In this document: piece by piece, positions 23,184-37,500 of the stretch
How positions within the stretch are numbered: position 1 is the first letter of the stretch
Layout of the letters: every line of letters starts with the position of its first letter
From: Mobula hypostoma
Lineage: Eukaryota
Reading direction: 5' to 3'
DNA length: 64,000 bases
Assembly: GCF_963921235.1 (NCBI RefSeq)
Contig: NC_086097.1
Span: forward strand, 118,174,001 to 118,238,000
Program-made: the position numbers and the translations under genes
The notes under the pieces: generated by a model
Told to the model about the DNA's origin: nothing
Seen by the model: only the letters and a program-made list of their open reading frames with translations
Database searches by the model: none

Positions 23184-25368
23184 AACCATATAACCATATA
23201 ACAATTACAGCACAGAAACAGGCCATCTCGACCCTGCTAGTCCATGCCGAACTCTTATACTCACCTAGTCCCACCGACCGGCACTCAGCCCATAACCCTC
23301 CATTACCTTCCTGTCCAATTTAACTTTAAACGACAACGTCGAACCTGCCTCAACCACTTCTTCTGGAAGCTCGTTCCACACAGCTACTACTCTCTGAGTA
23401 AAGAAGTTCCCCCTCATGTTACCCCTAAACTTTTGCCCTTTAACTCTCACCTCATGTCCTCTTGTTTGAATCTCCCCCACTCTCAATGGAAAAAAGCCTA
23501 TCCACGTCAACTCTATCTATCCCCCTCATAATTTTAAATACCTCTATCAAGTCTCCCCTCAACCTTCTACGTTCCAAAGAATAAAGACCCAACTTGTTCA
23601 ACCTTTCTTTGTAACTTAGGTGATGAAACTCAGGTAATATTCCAGTAAATCTTCTCTGTACTCTCTCTAGTTTGTTGATATCTTTCATATAATTCGGTGA
23701 CCAGAACTGTACACAATACTCCAAATTTGGCCTCACCAATGCCTTGTACAATTTCAACATTACATCCCAACTCCTATACTCAATACTCTGATTTATAAAG
23801 GCCAGCTTACCAAAAGCTTTCTCCACCACCCTATCCACATGAGATTCTACCTTCAGGGAACTGTGTACCATTATTCCTAGATCCCTCTGTTCTACTGTAT
23901 TCTTCAATGCCCTACCATTTACTATGTATGCCCTATTTTGATTAGTCCTGCCAAAATGTAGCACCTCACATTTATCAGTATTAAACTCCATCTGCCTTCT
24001 TTCAACCCACTCTTCTAACTGGCCTAAATCTCTCTGCAAGCTTTGAAAACCTACTTCATTATCCACGACTCCACCTATCTTAGTATCATCTGCATACTTA
24101 CTCATCCAATTTACCACCCCATCATCCAGATCACTAATGTATATGACAAACAACATTGGACCCAGTACAGATCCCTGAGGCACACCACTAGTCACCGGCC
24201 TCCAATCTGACAAACAGTTATCCACCACCACTCTCTGGTGTCACCCATCTAGCTACTGCTGAATACAATTTACGACTTCAATATTAATACCTAACGATTA
24301 AACCTTCCTAACTAACCTTCAGTTTGGAACCTTGTCAAAGGCCTTACTGAAGTCCATATATACAACATCAACTGCTTTACCCACGTCAACTTTCCTAGTA
24401 ATCTCAGCAAAAAATTTGATGAGATTTGTCAAACATGACTTTCCACGCACAAATCCATGTTGTCTGTTCCTAATCAGACCCTGTCTATCCAGATAATTAT
24501 AAAAACCATCTCTAAGAATACCTTCCATCAAGTTACCCACCACTGACGTCAAACTCACTGGCCGATAATTGCTAGGTTTACTCTTAGAACCCTTTTAAAA
24601 CAATGGAACAACATCAGCAATACGCCAACCCTCCGGCTCCATCCCCGTTTCTAATGACACTTAAAATATTTCTGTCAGAGCCCCTGCTATTTCCACACTA
24701 ACTTCCCTCAAGGTCCTAGGGAATATCTTGTCAGGACCCAGAGACTTATCCACTTTTATATTCCTTAAAAGCTCCACTACTTCCCCTCCTTTAATCATCA
24801 TAGTTTCCATAATTTCCCTACCTGTTTCCCCCATCTTACACAATTCAATATCCTTCTCCTTAGTGAATACCGAAGAAAAGAAATTGTTCATTATCTCCCC
24901 CATCTCTTTTGGCTCCACACATAGCTGTCCACACTGATTCTCTAAGGGACCAATTTTATCCCTCACTATCTTCTTGCTATTAATATAACGGTAGAAACCC
25001 TTGGGATTTATTTTCAGCTTACTTGCCAAAGCAACCTCATATCTTCTTTTAGCTTTTCTAATTTCTTTCTTAAGATTCTTTTTACATTCTTTATATTCCT
25101 CGAGCACCTCATTTACTCCATGCTGCCCATATTTATTGTAAATATCTCTTTTTTTCCGAAACAAGTTTCCAATATCCCTTGAAAACCATAGCTCTCTCAA
25201 ACTTTTAACCTTTCCTTTCAACCTAACAGGAACATAAAGATTCTGTACCCTCAAAATTTCACCTTTAAATGACCTCCATTCTCAGTAAAATTCTTCCCAT
25301 ACAATAAACTGTCCCAATCCACTCCTTCTAAATCCTTTCACATCTCCTCAAAGTTAACCTTTCTCCAA
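23184..25368 (-). mobile_element. 5'-truncated CR1 LINE, frameshifted ORF2
   Basis: ORF pieces 24661-25254, 24319-24558, 23452-24231 (GVPQGSVLGP, KYADDTK) and 23265-23510; TTATATGG tail. Confidence 0.95.
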
Positions 25369-25899
25369 TTTCTTGAACATTGATCTCATTATTTATTGTT
25401 GTTTGTTTATATTTGCATTTGCACACTTTGTTGTCTTCTGCACTCTGCTTGAATGCCCTAGTTGGACGGCCTTTCATTGATTCTGTTATAGCTACTATTC
25501 TATAGATTTTTTTTGAGTGTGTCTGCAGGTCAATGAATCTCAGGGCTATATACGTACTTTATGGTGACGTATGTCTACTTTGATAATAACATTTTCTTTC
25601 AACTTTGAACTTTTATCTGACAGGAATTGTGTCAGATGTGGGGATTTTCAGATCTAAAAGTTTTTTCAGATATATAAAGAATAAAAGAGAGGCAAGAGTG
25701 GATAAGGTACCATCAAAAAATGACACTAGAGTGGTAGTAATAGGGAACAAAGAAGAGGAGGAGTGTTTTGAACAGTGGCCAATTAGAGATCAGAAGAGGT
25801 GACTCACACATGCCATTAAGTATATATTAAACAGTGGCGCTTCACAGGAGTTTGGGAACTTGAACAGTGCCGAATCAGAGATCAGGATTTATTAGCAAG

Positions 25900-28800
25900 G
25901 GCAAATAAAAATAAGGCAGCGGCAAGTGGAACAGTCTTTGTTGGAGTAGACAGTGTTAGAGTGGGGATTTGAGGCTTTAGCGAGAGGATGCTTCAGTAAG
26001 TGAAGGTGAAGAGCTGTAGGTAGACTTATTTTGATATATTTATTGTTTCCTTCTTTATAATTGCACAGTTGAGACACTAGGTATGCCACACATGCTAGTT
26101 GAATGCTGCTCTAGTGGGATGTGGGAAGGCAGGGAGACCTTTAGTGTCCCTGACAACTTCACTTGCAAGAAATGCAACCAGAGCAGCTTCTAACACTCCA
26201 CGTAAAGTAGTTGGACCTGGAAATGGATGAACACCTGATTATTCAGAAGGTTGAAGGGGTGAGCTAAAGGACATACTGAGAGTGAGTTACACCCAAGGTG
26301 CAGGACACAGGAAATTGGGTGACAGTCAGGAGGGTGAAACGGATTAAACAGCCAGTGCAGAGTACCCCCATGGCCATCCCCTTCAACAACAGGTAAACCA
26401 CTTTGGATAGTTTTGAGGGGGATGACAAAGCAGAGAAAAGCCACAGCAGTCATGTCTCTGGCATTGAGTCTGGCTCTGTGGCTCAGGAGGGAAGGGGATG
26501 TGGTGAGCTATGGTGATATGGAGATTCATCAGTTAGGAGAACAGAAAGATGGTTCAGTGGATGAGAATGAGATTCCTGGAGGGTATGTTATCTCCCAGTT
26601 GCCAGGGTCAGGGACGTCTCAGATTGAGTCCTCAACATTCTTAAGTGGGAGGGTGAGTAGACAGAGGTAAGGATCCATAGAGGTACCAATGACATAAGCA
26701 GGAAGAAGTATAATGCTCTGCGAAGTGAGTTCAGGAAGTTAGATGCTCAGTTAAAAGACAGGACCTCCAGGGTTGTGATGTCAAGAATGCTACCCATGTC
26801 ACATACTTGTGAGCTAGAAATAGGAAGATCATGCAATTTAACATGTGGCTAAGGAGTTGATGTAGGAGGGAGGGCTTATATTTTGGGATCATTGGGCTTT
26901 CTTCCAGGGAAGGTGCAACTTGTATAGAAGAGATAATTTGCATCTAAGCTGGAAGGAACAAATATCATTGTGGGAAGGTTTGCTCATACTGTACAGGGGT
27001 GGGAGAGTGGGGTTGAGGTTGAAACTACAGTTGTAGAGGGATAGAAACCAAAGTGCCAGAACAGATCGTGGAGAGGTTGTGGAGAAAGATGATGTTAAGA
27101 CCTCAGACAAATTCAGGAGGCAAATGATTGAGCGTGGTGATACTAATGTTCTGAGTAGCGTATATTTCACTGCAAGAAGCATCGCAGGAAAGGCGCATGA
27201 GCTCAACGAATGGATCAACACCTGAAATTATGATATTGTAGCCATTAGTGAGACTTGGTTGCAAGAGGGGAAGACTGGTAGCTCAATTTTCTAGGGTTGC
27301 ATTGTTTTAGACGTGATAGAGCAGGAGGGATAAAGCGGGAGGGGTGGCATGACTAGCCATGGAAAATGTCACGGCAGTGCTCTGTCACGGCAGACTAGAG
27401 AGCTTCTCTAGTGAGGATATATGTGTGCAAATAAAGAATAAGAATCTATGACCATGTTAATGGGAACAGTCAGTGGGATTTTGAGGAACAAATTTGTAGC
27501 GAGATGACAGACTGTTGCAAGAAACATAAGGTGTGATAGTAGGTGATTGTGACTTTCCACATATTGACTGAGACACTTATACTGCAAAAGGACGAGATGG
27601 GATAGATTTTGTCAAATGTTTGCATGAAAGTTTCCTTCATCAGCATGTGGAAGCTCCAATGAGAGTCTTTGCAATACCCCTGTGAGGGAATGAGACAAGG
27701 CAGGTGACAGATGTTTGTGTCGGGGAACATGTTGCATCATAATACCATTAGTTAGAACATAGAAATCCATAGCACGTTACAGGACCTTCAGCCCACAACG
27801 CGGTGCTGACCATATAACCTACTCTAGAAACTGTCTAGAATTACCCTACCGCATAGGCCTCGATTTTTCTAATCTCCATGTACCTCTCTAAGAGTCTCTT
27901 AAAAGACTATTGTGGAATTCATTGCTGGACCCGATGCCTCCACCATTGTCATCAGCAGGGCATTCCACAACTTTCTGTCTGAAAAACTTACCCCTGACAT
28001 TCCCTCCGTACCTACTTCCAACCACCTTAAAACTATGCTCCCTCAGCCATTTCAGCCTTGGGAAAAAGCCTCTGGCTATCCACATGATCAATGCCTTTCA
28101 TCATCTTTTATGCATCAATCAGGTCAAGTCTTATCCTCCACCACTCCAAGGAGAGAAGGCTAAGTTCATGCAACCTATTCTCATAAGGCATGCTCTTCAA
28201 TCCAGGCAACATCCTTGTAAATCTCCTCTGCAGTCTCTCTATAGTACCCACATCCTTCCTGTGGTGAGGTGACCAGAATTGAACACAGTGCTCCAAGTGG
28301 GATCTGACCAAGGTGTTATATAGCTGTAACATTACCTCACGGCTCTTGAACTCAATCCCATGATTGATGAATGCCCACACACCATACACCCTCATAACAA
28401 CATTGTCAACCTGTGCAGCAGCTTTGAGTGTCCTATTAAAAAAATCATAAATCAGGATATAAAGATAATAACTTTTTTTGTTGCTTACAGAGTAATTATG
28501 GAAAAGGATAGTTCTGGTTCTTGGGTTAAGACTCTAAACTTGAGAAAGGTTGATTTTGATGGCATCAGAAAGATCTGCAAGTGTGGATTGGGAAAGGCTG
28601 TTTTCTGTACTTGGTAAATGGGAGGACTGCAAAAGCAAAATTTTGAGAGCACAAAGCTAACCTGTGCCTATGAGATTAAAAGGCCAAGATAACTTGTTTA
28701 AGGAACCTTGGAGCTCAAGAGATATTGAGGCCCTGATTAAGGTAAAAAAGGAGGTGCGTAGCAGGTATAGGCAAGTAGGAACAAATGAAGTACCTGGAGA

Positions 28801-30575
28801 ATATAAAAAACGCAAGAGAACACGGAAGAAAGAAATCAGCTGGACTCAGAAAAGACATGAGGTTGCTCTAGCAAACAAGGTGAGTCAGAATCCTGAGGGC
28901 TTCCATAGATATTTTGAGAGCAAAAGGATTGCAAGGGACAAAATTGGTCCTCTGGAAAATCAGAATGGTTATCTATGTGTGGAGCCAAAAGAGATGGGGG
29001 AGATATTAAATGGAGTGTTTGCATCTGTATTTACTCTGGAGATGGACACAAAGTCTATAGAAGTTAGGCAAAGTAGCAGTGAGGTCATGGACCCTATACA
29101 GATTTCAGAGGAGGTGTTTGCTGTCTTAAGGCAAATTTGGGGGGACAAATCCCAGGGACTGACAAGGTGTACCCTCAGACCCAGTGGGAATTAGGTGCAG
29201 AAATTGCAAGGGTCCTAGCGGAGATGCTTAAATCATCCTTAGTGACTAATGAGGTATTGGGTAACTGGAGGATAGCTAATATTGCTCTGCTGTTTAAGAA
29301 AGGTTCCAAGAATAAGAGAGGAAATTATAGCCCAGTGAGCCTTACATCAGTAATGGAAGGTGTTCTAAGGGGCCAGGTACATGAGTGTTGGGACAGCCAA
29401 AGACTGATTACGGATAGTCAGTATGGCTTTGTGCATGTTAAATCGAGTCTAATTAATGTTATAGAATTTTTCAAAGATGTTACCATCAAGGCAGTGGACA
29501 TTGTCTACATAGACTTCAGCAAGGCATTTGACAAGAACCTGCATGGGAAGTTGGATAAGAAGTTTCAGGTGCTTGGCATTCAAGATGAGATAGTAAATTG
29601 GATTAGGCATTGGCTTTGTGGAGAAGCCAGAGTGTGGTAGTAGAGGGCTGCCTCTCTGACTGGAGGCTGTGAAAAGTGGAGTGCCACAGCTGGGTCCATT
29701 GTTGTTTGTCATCTAGATCAATGATCTGGATCAGCAAATTTGTGGGTGACACCAAGTTTGGGGTGTAGTAAACAGCAAGGAAAACTATTAAAGCTTGCAG
29801 CAGGATCTGGACCAGCTGGAAAAATGGGCTGAAAACTGGCAGATGGAATTGAACACAACCAGGCAGGACCAATCAGGTCCTGTCTTACACAGTAAGTAGT
29901 AGGGCAATGAGGAGTGCAGTGGAACAAAGGGATCTGGGAGTACAGGTACATAATTCATTGCAAGTGGTGTCACGGGTAGATGGGATTGTAAAGCAAGCTT
30001 GTGGCACATTGGGCTTCATAGATCAAAGTACTGAGTACTGGTGTTGGGATATTATGTCGAAGCTATATAAGACATTGATGAGGCATTTGGAGTATTGTGT
30101 ACAGTTTTAGTCACCTTCTTACAAGAAAGATGTAAATAAAATAGAAAGATGCTTACAAGGATGTTTCCGGGACTAGAGAACTTGAGTTATAAGGAAGATT
30201 GAATAGGTTAGAACTTTATACCCTAGAATGTAGAAGATTGAGGGAAGATTTGGTAGAGGTATACAAAATAGTATTAGATAGGATATAAATAGGGTAAATG
30301 CAAGAAGGCTTTTTCTCCTGAAGTTGGGTGAAACTACAACTAGAGGTCATGGGTTAAGGGTTCAAGGGGAACATGAGGAGAAACTTCTTCACACAGAGGG
30401 GGGTAAAAGTGTAGAATGAGCTACCAGCGCAAGTAGTGCATGAAAGCTCGATTTTAACATTTATGAGGGGTGGAGAGCTATGGTCCAGGTGCAGTTCGAT
30501 AAGACTAGACAATTTAAATGTTTTGGTACGGACTGGATGGGCCAAAAGGGCTGTTTCTCTACTGTAGTTTTTTTT
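25900..30575 (+). mobile_element. Near full-length degraded CR1 (ORF1 esterase remnant, ORF2 APE-RT) with an antisense CR1 3' fragment inserted at about 27753-28430
   Basis: ORF1-like GTND region near 26680; ORF2 YFTARSI start near 27160; RT motifs 29140-30110; minus-strand CR1 tail TAGAACATAGAAA at 27752. Confidence 0.85.
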
Positions 30576-30629
30576 TGTGACTATGACCCTTAAACTCTAG
30601 AGACTGTTGTGTGTGAAAATCCTAGGAGA

Positions 30630-32795
30630 TAGATAACAAGGTAGACAAAGGAGAGACAGTGGATGTTTTTATTTGGATTTTCAGAAAGCCTTTGACAAGG
30701 TGACATATATGAGGCTTCTTAACAAGATAAGAGCCCATGCTATTACAATAAAGATACTGGTATGGATAGAAGATTGGCTGACTGGCAGGAAGCAAAGAAT
30801 GGGAATAAATTCAGCCTTTTCTGGTTGGGTGCCAGTGACAAGTAGTATTAAACAGGGATTGACGTTGGGTCTGCTTTTTTAACGTGATATGTCAGTGATT
30901 TAGATGAAAGAATTGATGGCTTTGTGGCTAAGTTTGTGGATGATATGAAGACAGTTGGAGGGGTGTGATGAAATTGGGTTTGTTGACCGCAAGGTCCTAA
31001 GTCAATGTAGACGTTCAGCCCTATCAGTTGCAAATAGCCACAAGTACTCTCACTAAAGAGAGATTATACAGCAACTATCTAATCTTCAAAGATTAGTTTC
31101 CTTCTCTATTTATTCCTCATGGCAAGTTTAGCTGCCAATATTGAAATATTCAAGTAGTGGTTGCCCTCTTCCGCCCAAGGAGAAGATTCTTCCAGCTAAA
31201 AAGTAGTTCCTAATACAAACCGTGTTTCTTTTACGTTTCTTCTTGATGTTCCTTACCCCATTTTTAATAAACCTGAATTGTTCTCTATAAATATCCCCAT
31301 TTTCTCCTACTTGTTTGACTTCTCACAAATATGATATTTCCTCAGATACCTTTACAAATGCTCTAAAAGCATCTTTGGAAACATAGACCTCAGTTTAATG
31401 TTCATAGTTCACAATTAATGCTGTGAAGCTTACTTCCCTGGGTGCATAAAACCTTCCAATTATAAACACTTCAGTTACTGATATGCTAAATTATATTATT
31501 CATCTGGTTTGCAAGCTTTCCTAAACCAAGTAACTTAGAGTCAGTTTGCCTGTTTGAAACAGCCCAAATTAAACAACCCACTGTCTCATAGTGCATTTTG
31601 AGAAGCAATAAAGCAGGTGTTTTGGGCTACCATCTGCTCCTATAGACAAAGTGCCTGTGCTGTAAACAGAGATGGTTTGTGAAGCTGTGTTTTTTAACTT
31701 CAAGCTGATTACTGCTTTCCATTTACATTTTAAATATTGAAAACTGACTCTCTTTTACAACCATAAAATGACCAAACTGTCAGTTGAAAGTTTACTCACA
31801 ATTGTTTCAATCTTACAATTGACAGATACCGTGTTTAGACAGCTGAGATCAGCAAACAAATTAGGGGCCAACTGGCCAAGGAGTGAATATCCATCACAGG
31901 AGCAGGTAGCTTTGAGGAAGTGGGGAGTCTATTAAAGAATTTAGACAGATTTGTAAAGAAGTGGCAGATGAAATATACAGTAGGGACAAATATGGCCATG
32001 CACTCTGGTAGAATGAATAAAGGCAAAAAGAATTTTCTAAACCAAGAGAAAATTCAAAAATCAGAGGTGCAAAGGGACTTGGGAATCTTCGTGTAGAATT
32101 CCCTATAAGGTTAACTTGAAGTTTCAGTCGGTGGTGGAGTAAGGTAAATGCAATGTCACCACTCATTCCAAGAGAACTAGGATATAAAGTAATGCTGAGG
32201 CTTTATATAACATTGACCAGACTGCACTTGGACTATTGTGAGCAGTTTTGGGCCTCTTATCTAAAAAAGGATGTGCTGGCATTGGAGAGGGTCCAGAAGA
32301 AGTTCATGAGAATGATTGCAGGAATGGAAGAGTTAATATATGAGGAGCATTTGATGGCCTGGACCTGCACCCACTGGGGTTTAGAAGAATCAGTGGGGAG
32401 GGGTGGGGGTGGGGGATCTCATTGAATATTGAAAGGCCTAGATAAGGTAGAAGTGGAGAGGATGTTTCTTACAGCGAGGGAGTCTATGACCAGAGTACAC
32501 ATTCTCAGGATAGAGGAATGTCCATTTAGAACAGAGATGAGGAAGAATTTCTTTAGCTAGAGGATAAAGAATCTGTGGAATTCATTACCACAGACAGCCA
32601 CAAAGGCCAAGATATTGGGTATATGTAAAGCAGAGGTTGATAGGTTCTTAGTTATTCAGGGCATCAAAGATTACAGGAAGAAAACAGGAGCTTAGGGATG
32701 AAGGGGATAATAAATCAGCCATGATAGAATTGCAGAGCAGACTTGATGGGCCAAATGTCCCAATTCTGCTCCTACATCTTTTGGTTTTATGGTCT
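30630..32795 (+). mobile_element. Degraded CR1 RT fragment interrupted by a solo LTR, itself inserted in a Tc1-like remnant (about 30585-33005)
   Basis: DFQKAFDKV..KFVDDMK, resuming at 31899. Flanks match the Tc1 element at 41981-42516, and ORF 32692-32889 reads KKCDLSDFDCGKIVGARWGGLSISE. Confidence 0.8.
30964..31898. mobile_element. Probable solo LTR (about 935 bp)
   Basis: Terminal inverted TGTGATG..CATCACA, flanked by GGGG/GGAG, cleanly interrupting CR1 RT coding sequence. Confidence 0.7.
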
Positions 32796-33074
32796 TAGGG
32801 AGATGATCATTTTCTGAGATACTCAAACCACCCCATCTGGCACCAACAATCTTTCCACAGTCAAAGTCACTTAGATCACATTTCTTCATTCTGATGTTTA
32901 GTCTAAATTACAAATGAACCTCTTGACCATGTCTGCATTCTTTTATGCATGGAGTTGCAACCACATGATTGACTGAGTGCATCAATAATGTAGCCATTGA
33001 GAATATAAATATATTCCCCAAGTGAAGAATTAATGGCTTAAATTTATTTGATTTAATACCCCATTGCTGAGAAC

Positions 33075-33430
33075 AGGTTGCAGGAAGTCCTGTTAATTGG
33101 GCATCATTTAATCAGGGCAGCCACTTATCTGGAACAACACTTAAAATAGCTGAGAAACAGCTGGAATTCCCTTCCTTTATTTGGGATACTATGCCACTTA
33201 ATTGGAACAGAAAGCTGTTGCCAAACTGCTTCTAATAATTGTCAGTCGTGTGCACTTGTGTGGCCATTGGACACTAAACCATGCTTAGAATGAATGTCAG
33301 TCGTGTGTGTCTGTGTTCAAAACGCAGTGATTATTGACACTGATAATTGAATAGAGAAAAGCCGTAAGACAATTCAGAACTGTTTTTCTCACTGTGATTT
33401 CAATATATCAGGCTTGGAGACGCCAGAAAC
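33075..33430. mobile_element. Fragment of the TIR element family seen at 45561-61500, followed by a CR1 3' fragment (33430-33770)
   Basis: Reverse-complement similarity to 61130-61500. Confidence 0.65.
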
Positions 33431-34589
33431 AGGTAGCTGTGAGGATGTTACCTATACTGGGGGAAGCTTGGACCAGAGGGCCCAGTCTCAGAAAAGAACA
33501 TCAATTCAGAAGGAAGATGAGAAGGAATTTCTTTAGCAAGAGAGTTGTGAATACATGGAATTTGTTGCCACACATGACGGTAGATGCCAGGACATTGGAG
33601 ATATTTGAGGCAGAGGTTGAGAGGTTCTTGATTAGTCAAGGCTTGTAAGGTTACAGGGAGAAGGCAGGGGAATGGGGTTGAGAGAGAAATTGAATCAGCC
33701 ATCATGAAATGGCAAAGCAGATTCAATAGCCTAATTCTGCTCTTATCTCTTATGGTCTTATTATGGTCTTGTGTACAGTTCTGGTCTCTTTATTTGAGGG
33801 ATATACTTGTGTTGATTACAGCTTAGGGAAGTTTCACATTTTGGATGAAGGTGAGAAAAGCCTAACAAATAAAGTGATCTTACTGAAGTATATAAGATTA
33901 GGAGAATTGTTAACTTAAATGCTGAGAGATTCTCTCCTCTGGTGGGGAAGTCTGATGCTGGGGACCATATTGTTTGCTTCTGGCTGCTCACAGAGAAACA
34001 ATTCTATCATGTTATGATCATCAACCAGAAGATTATAGATTACTGTGTCTGGTTATACTGTACCACGACCAAAATAACTTGTTTTTACCGACTCTTCGGC
34101 ACTTTCTTTCTAGAAAACTGTCTTAAATGCATCCCATCAATGTGTCCTGAAGATGTTTATATCAATTTATTTTGTGTTCTGATACAGGATCTAGAAAGTA
34201 CCATTCTCAAGTGCTAACAGATAGAGGTTAAATTCTCCATTGATTGCTACATTTCTGTGTGCCCCTCTAATTTCCTCATTTGTTATCTGTCACAGAATGA
34301 TTAATGTTAGTGGTCTTCAAATTACTCCCACTATAGCATTAAGTTCTCAGTTGTTTTGTGGCTTCACTCAAACTAATTTTAGATTCTGATGTTTTTTAAG
34401 TCTAGGATCATTTCTCAATACTGCTCTGCAGTTTTTTTTATTATCAGGACTCTCCCATCTCTTTTTCAATTTTGTCTTTCTTTTATAAAAGTCACCGACC
34501 CTGTGAGACAATGGATTTGAGTTAGTCTCCACCTCCATTCTATCTCGGCTTTTCAACATGCGATAGTTTTTCACTCATTGAGTTGAATG

Positions 34590-37500
34590 AAACTCATAAG
34601 ATTTTCACTCATTATTCTAAATTACAGTGAGTACCAGGCCCAGAAAATCAAACACTCCACATATGATAACCCTTTCATTACCAGAATCATCCCCATGAAC
34701 CTCCTCGTAACCCTGTCCAATATCAGCACATCTTTTCTTAGATAAGGGGCTCAAATCTGCTTGCAATACTCCACGTGAAGCCTCATCAGTGCCTTATAAA
34801 GCTTCAGCATCACATCCTTGCTTTTATATTCTAGTCCTCTCCAAATGAATGCTAACATTACATTTTCCTTTCTTACTACAGACTCAATCTCAGAATCAGA
34901 ATTATTTTCAATAACACTGGCATATGTTGTGAAATTTGTTGTCTTTACGGCAGCAGTATAATGCAATACATAATAGTAAAAGAAAAGATGTGAATTACAG
35001 TAATATATTATAAATATACATATATTTATATATTTAAATTAAACATATAGTGCCAAAATAAAAATAAAAATTACTGAGTTGTGCTCATGGGTTCAATGTC
35101 CATTGAATCTGCAAGTTAACCTTTAGGAAATCCTACAAGTTAACAAGGACTCCCAAGTCACTTTGCACCTTAGATTTTTGAATTTTCTGTCTTTTAGAAA
35201 GTAGCCTATGCCTTTTTTTTAAACTTCTACCAAAGTACATGACTATACATTATATTCTATCTGCCACTTCTTTGCCCATTCTCCTAATCTGTCTAAGTCC
35301 TCCTGCAGCCTTTCTACTTCCTTAACACTATTTGTCCCTCCACCTATGTTCGTATTGTCTGCAAACTTGACCACAAAGCCATCAATTTATTATACAAATC
35401 ATTGACATATAATGTACAAAGAAGCAGTCCCAACACAGACTCCTGGTGAGCACCACTAGTCACTAGCAGCCAACCAGAGAAAGCTCCTTTGTTCCTACAC
35501 TTTGCAACCTGCCAATCATCCGAAGCTCTCTCCTGTAATACCATGGGTCTTATCTTGTTAACAGCCTCATAGGCAGCAACTTGTTAAAGGTCTTCTGAAA
35601 ATCCAATTACACTACTTCTGCTGATACACCTTCATCTATCCTGCTTGTTATTTCTTTCAAGAATTCCAACCGATTAGTCAGCAAGATTTTCTCTGAAGGA
35701 ATTCATGCACATTTTATCATGTGCCTTCAAGTACCTGAAAGCCTCATCCTTAACAATCAACTCCAACATCATCCCAAACCACTGAGATCAGGCTAACTGC
35801 CCTATAATTTCCTTTCTTCTGCCTTTCTATTTTTTTGAAGGGTGGAGTGACATTTGCAAATTTCCCCTTATGGGCTCAATGACAAGCTTCTTTAAATAGT
35901 GATCTCATAGGCATTCTATAAATTCTTTCTCTTGGTATCCAGCACCAACTTGAATTTACCCAATCCATGTGCATATTGAAATCCGTCATGATTTTCCTGA
36001 CATTGACCTCTTGGCAATGCATTTTATAGCTCCCATTACAATTTGTAGCCAACATCCACACTACTGTTTAGAGGTCTGTATATAACTTCCATTAGGGACT
36101 TTTTACCCCTGCAATATTTTCACTCTACCCACAAAAATTCTGTAACTTCCCATCCCATATTACTTCTTTCTAAGGGTTTGTTTTCATTTTTTACCAACAG
36201 AGTCACTACAGTCCCTCTGCCTACCTGCCTGTCCTTTCAATACAATGTGGTCCATTGGATGTTAAGCTCCCAACTATGATCTTTCAGCCACGACTCAGTG
36301 GTGTCCACAACATCATACCTACCAATCCCTTACTGCATGTTTAGATCATCTACCTTATTCTGTCTATTGAATGAATTCAGTCCTATATTCATCAGCCTTT
36401 ACAGTTCTGTCCCCATGTTACATAGAAACATAGAAAACCGAAGCACAATACAGGCCCTTTGTCCCACAAAGCTGTGCCGAACATGTCCTTGTGTTAGAAA
36501 TTGCCTAGGGTTACCCATAGCACTCTATTTTTTTGACCTCCATGTACCTGTCCAGGAGTCTCTTAAAAGACCCATTCATATCCACCTCCACCACCGTCAC
36601 CGGCAGTCTATTCCGCGCACTCACCACTCTCTGCATAAAAAAAGTACCCCTGACATCTCCTTTGTACCTGCTTCCTAGCACCTTAGAACCGTGCCCTCTC
36701 GTGCTAGCCATTTCAGCCCTGGGAAAAAAGCCTCTGACTATCCACACGCTTAATGCCTCTCATCATCTTATACACCTCTGTCAGGTCACCTCTCATCCTT
36801 CATCGCTCCAAGGAGAAAAGGCCGAGTTCACTCAACCTATTCTCATAAGGCATGCTCCCCAATCCAGGCAACGTCCTTGTAAAACTCCTTTGCGCCCTTT
36901 CTATGCTTTCCACATCCTTCCTATAGTGAGGTGACCAGAACTGAGCACAGTACTCCAAGTGGGGTCTGACCAGGCTCTTATATAGCTGCAACATTACCTC
37001 TCGGCTCCTAAACTCAGTCCCATGATTGATGAAGGCTGATGCACCATATGCTTTCTTAATCACAGGGTCAACCTGCGCAGCAGCTTTGAGAGTTTTATGG
37101 ATTCTGACCCCAAGATCACTCTGATCCTCCACACTGCCAAGAGTCTTACCATTAATACTATATTCTGTCATCATATTTGACCTACTAAAATGAATCACAT
37201 CACACTTATTTGGGTTGAACTCCATCTGCCACTTCTCAGCCCAGTTTTGCATCCTATCGATGTCCCGCTGTAACCTCTGACAGCCCTCCACACTATCCAC
37301 AACACCTGCAACATTTGTGTCATCAGCAAATTTACTAACCCATCCCTCCACTTCCTTATCCAGGTCATTTATAAAAATCACAAAGAGGAGGGGTCCCAGA
37401 ACAGATCCCTGAGGCACACCACTGGTGATCAACCTCAATGCAGAATATGACCCATTTACAACCACTCTTTGCCTTCTGTGGGCAAGCCAGTTCTGGATTC

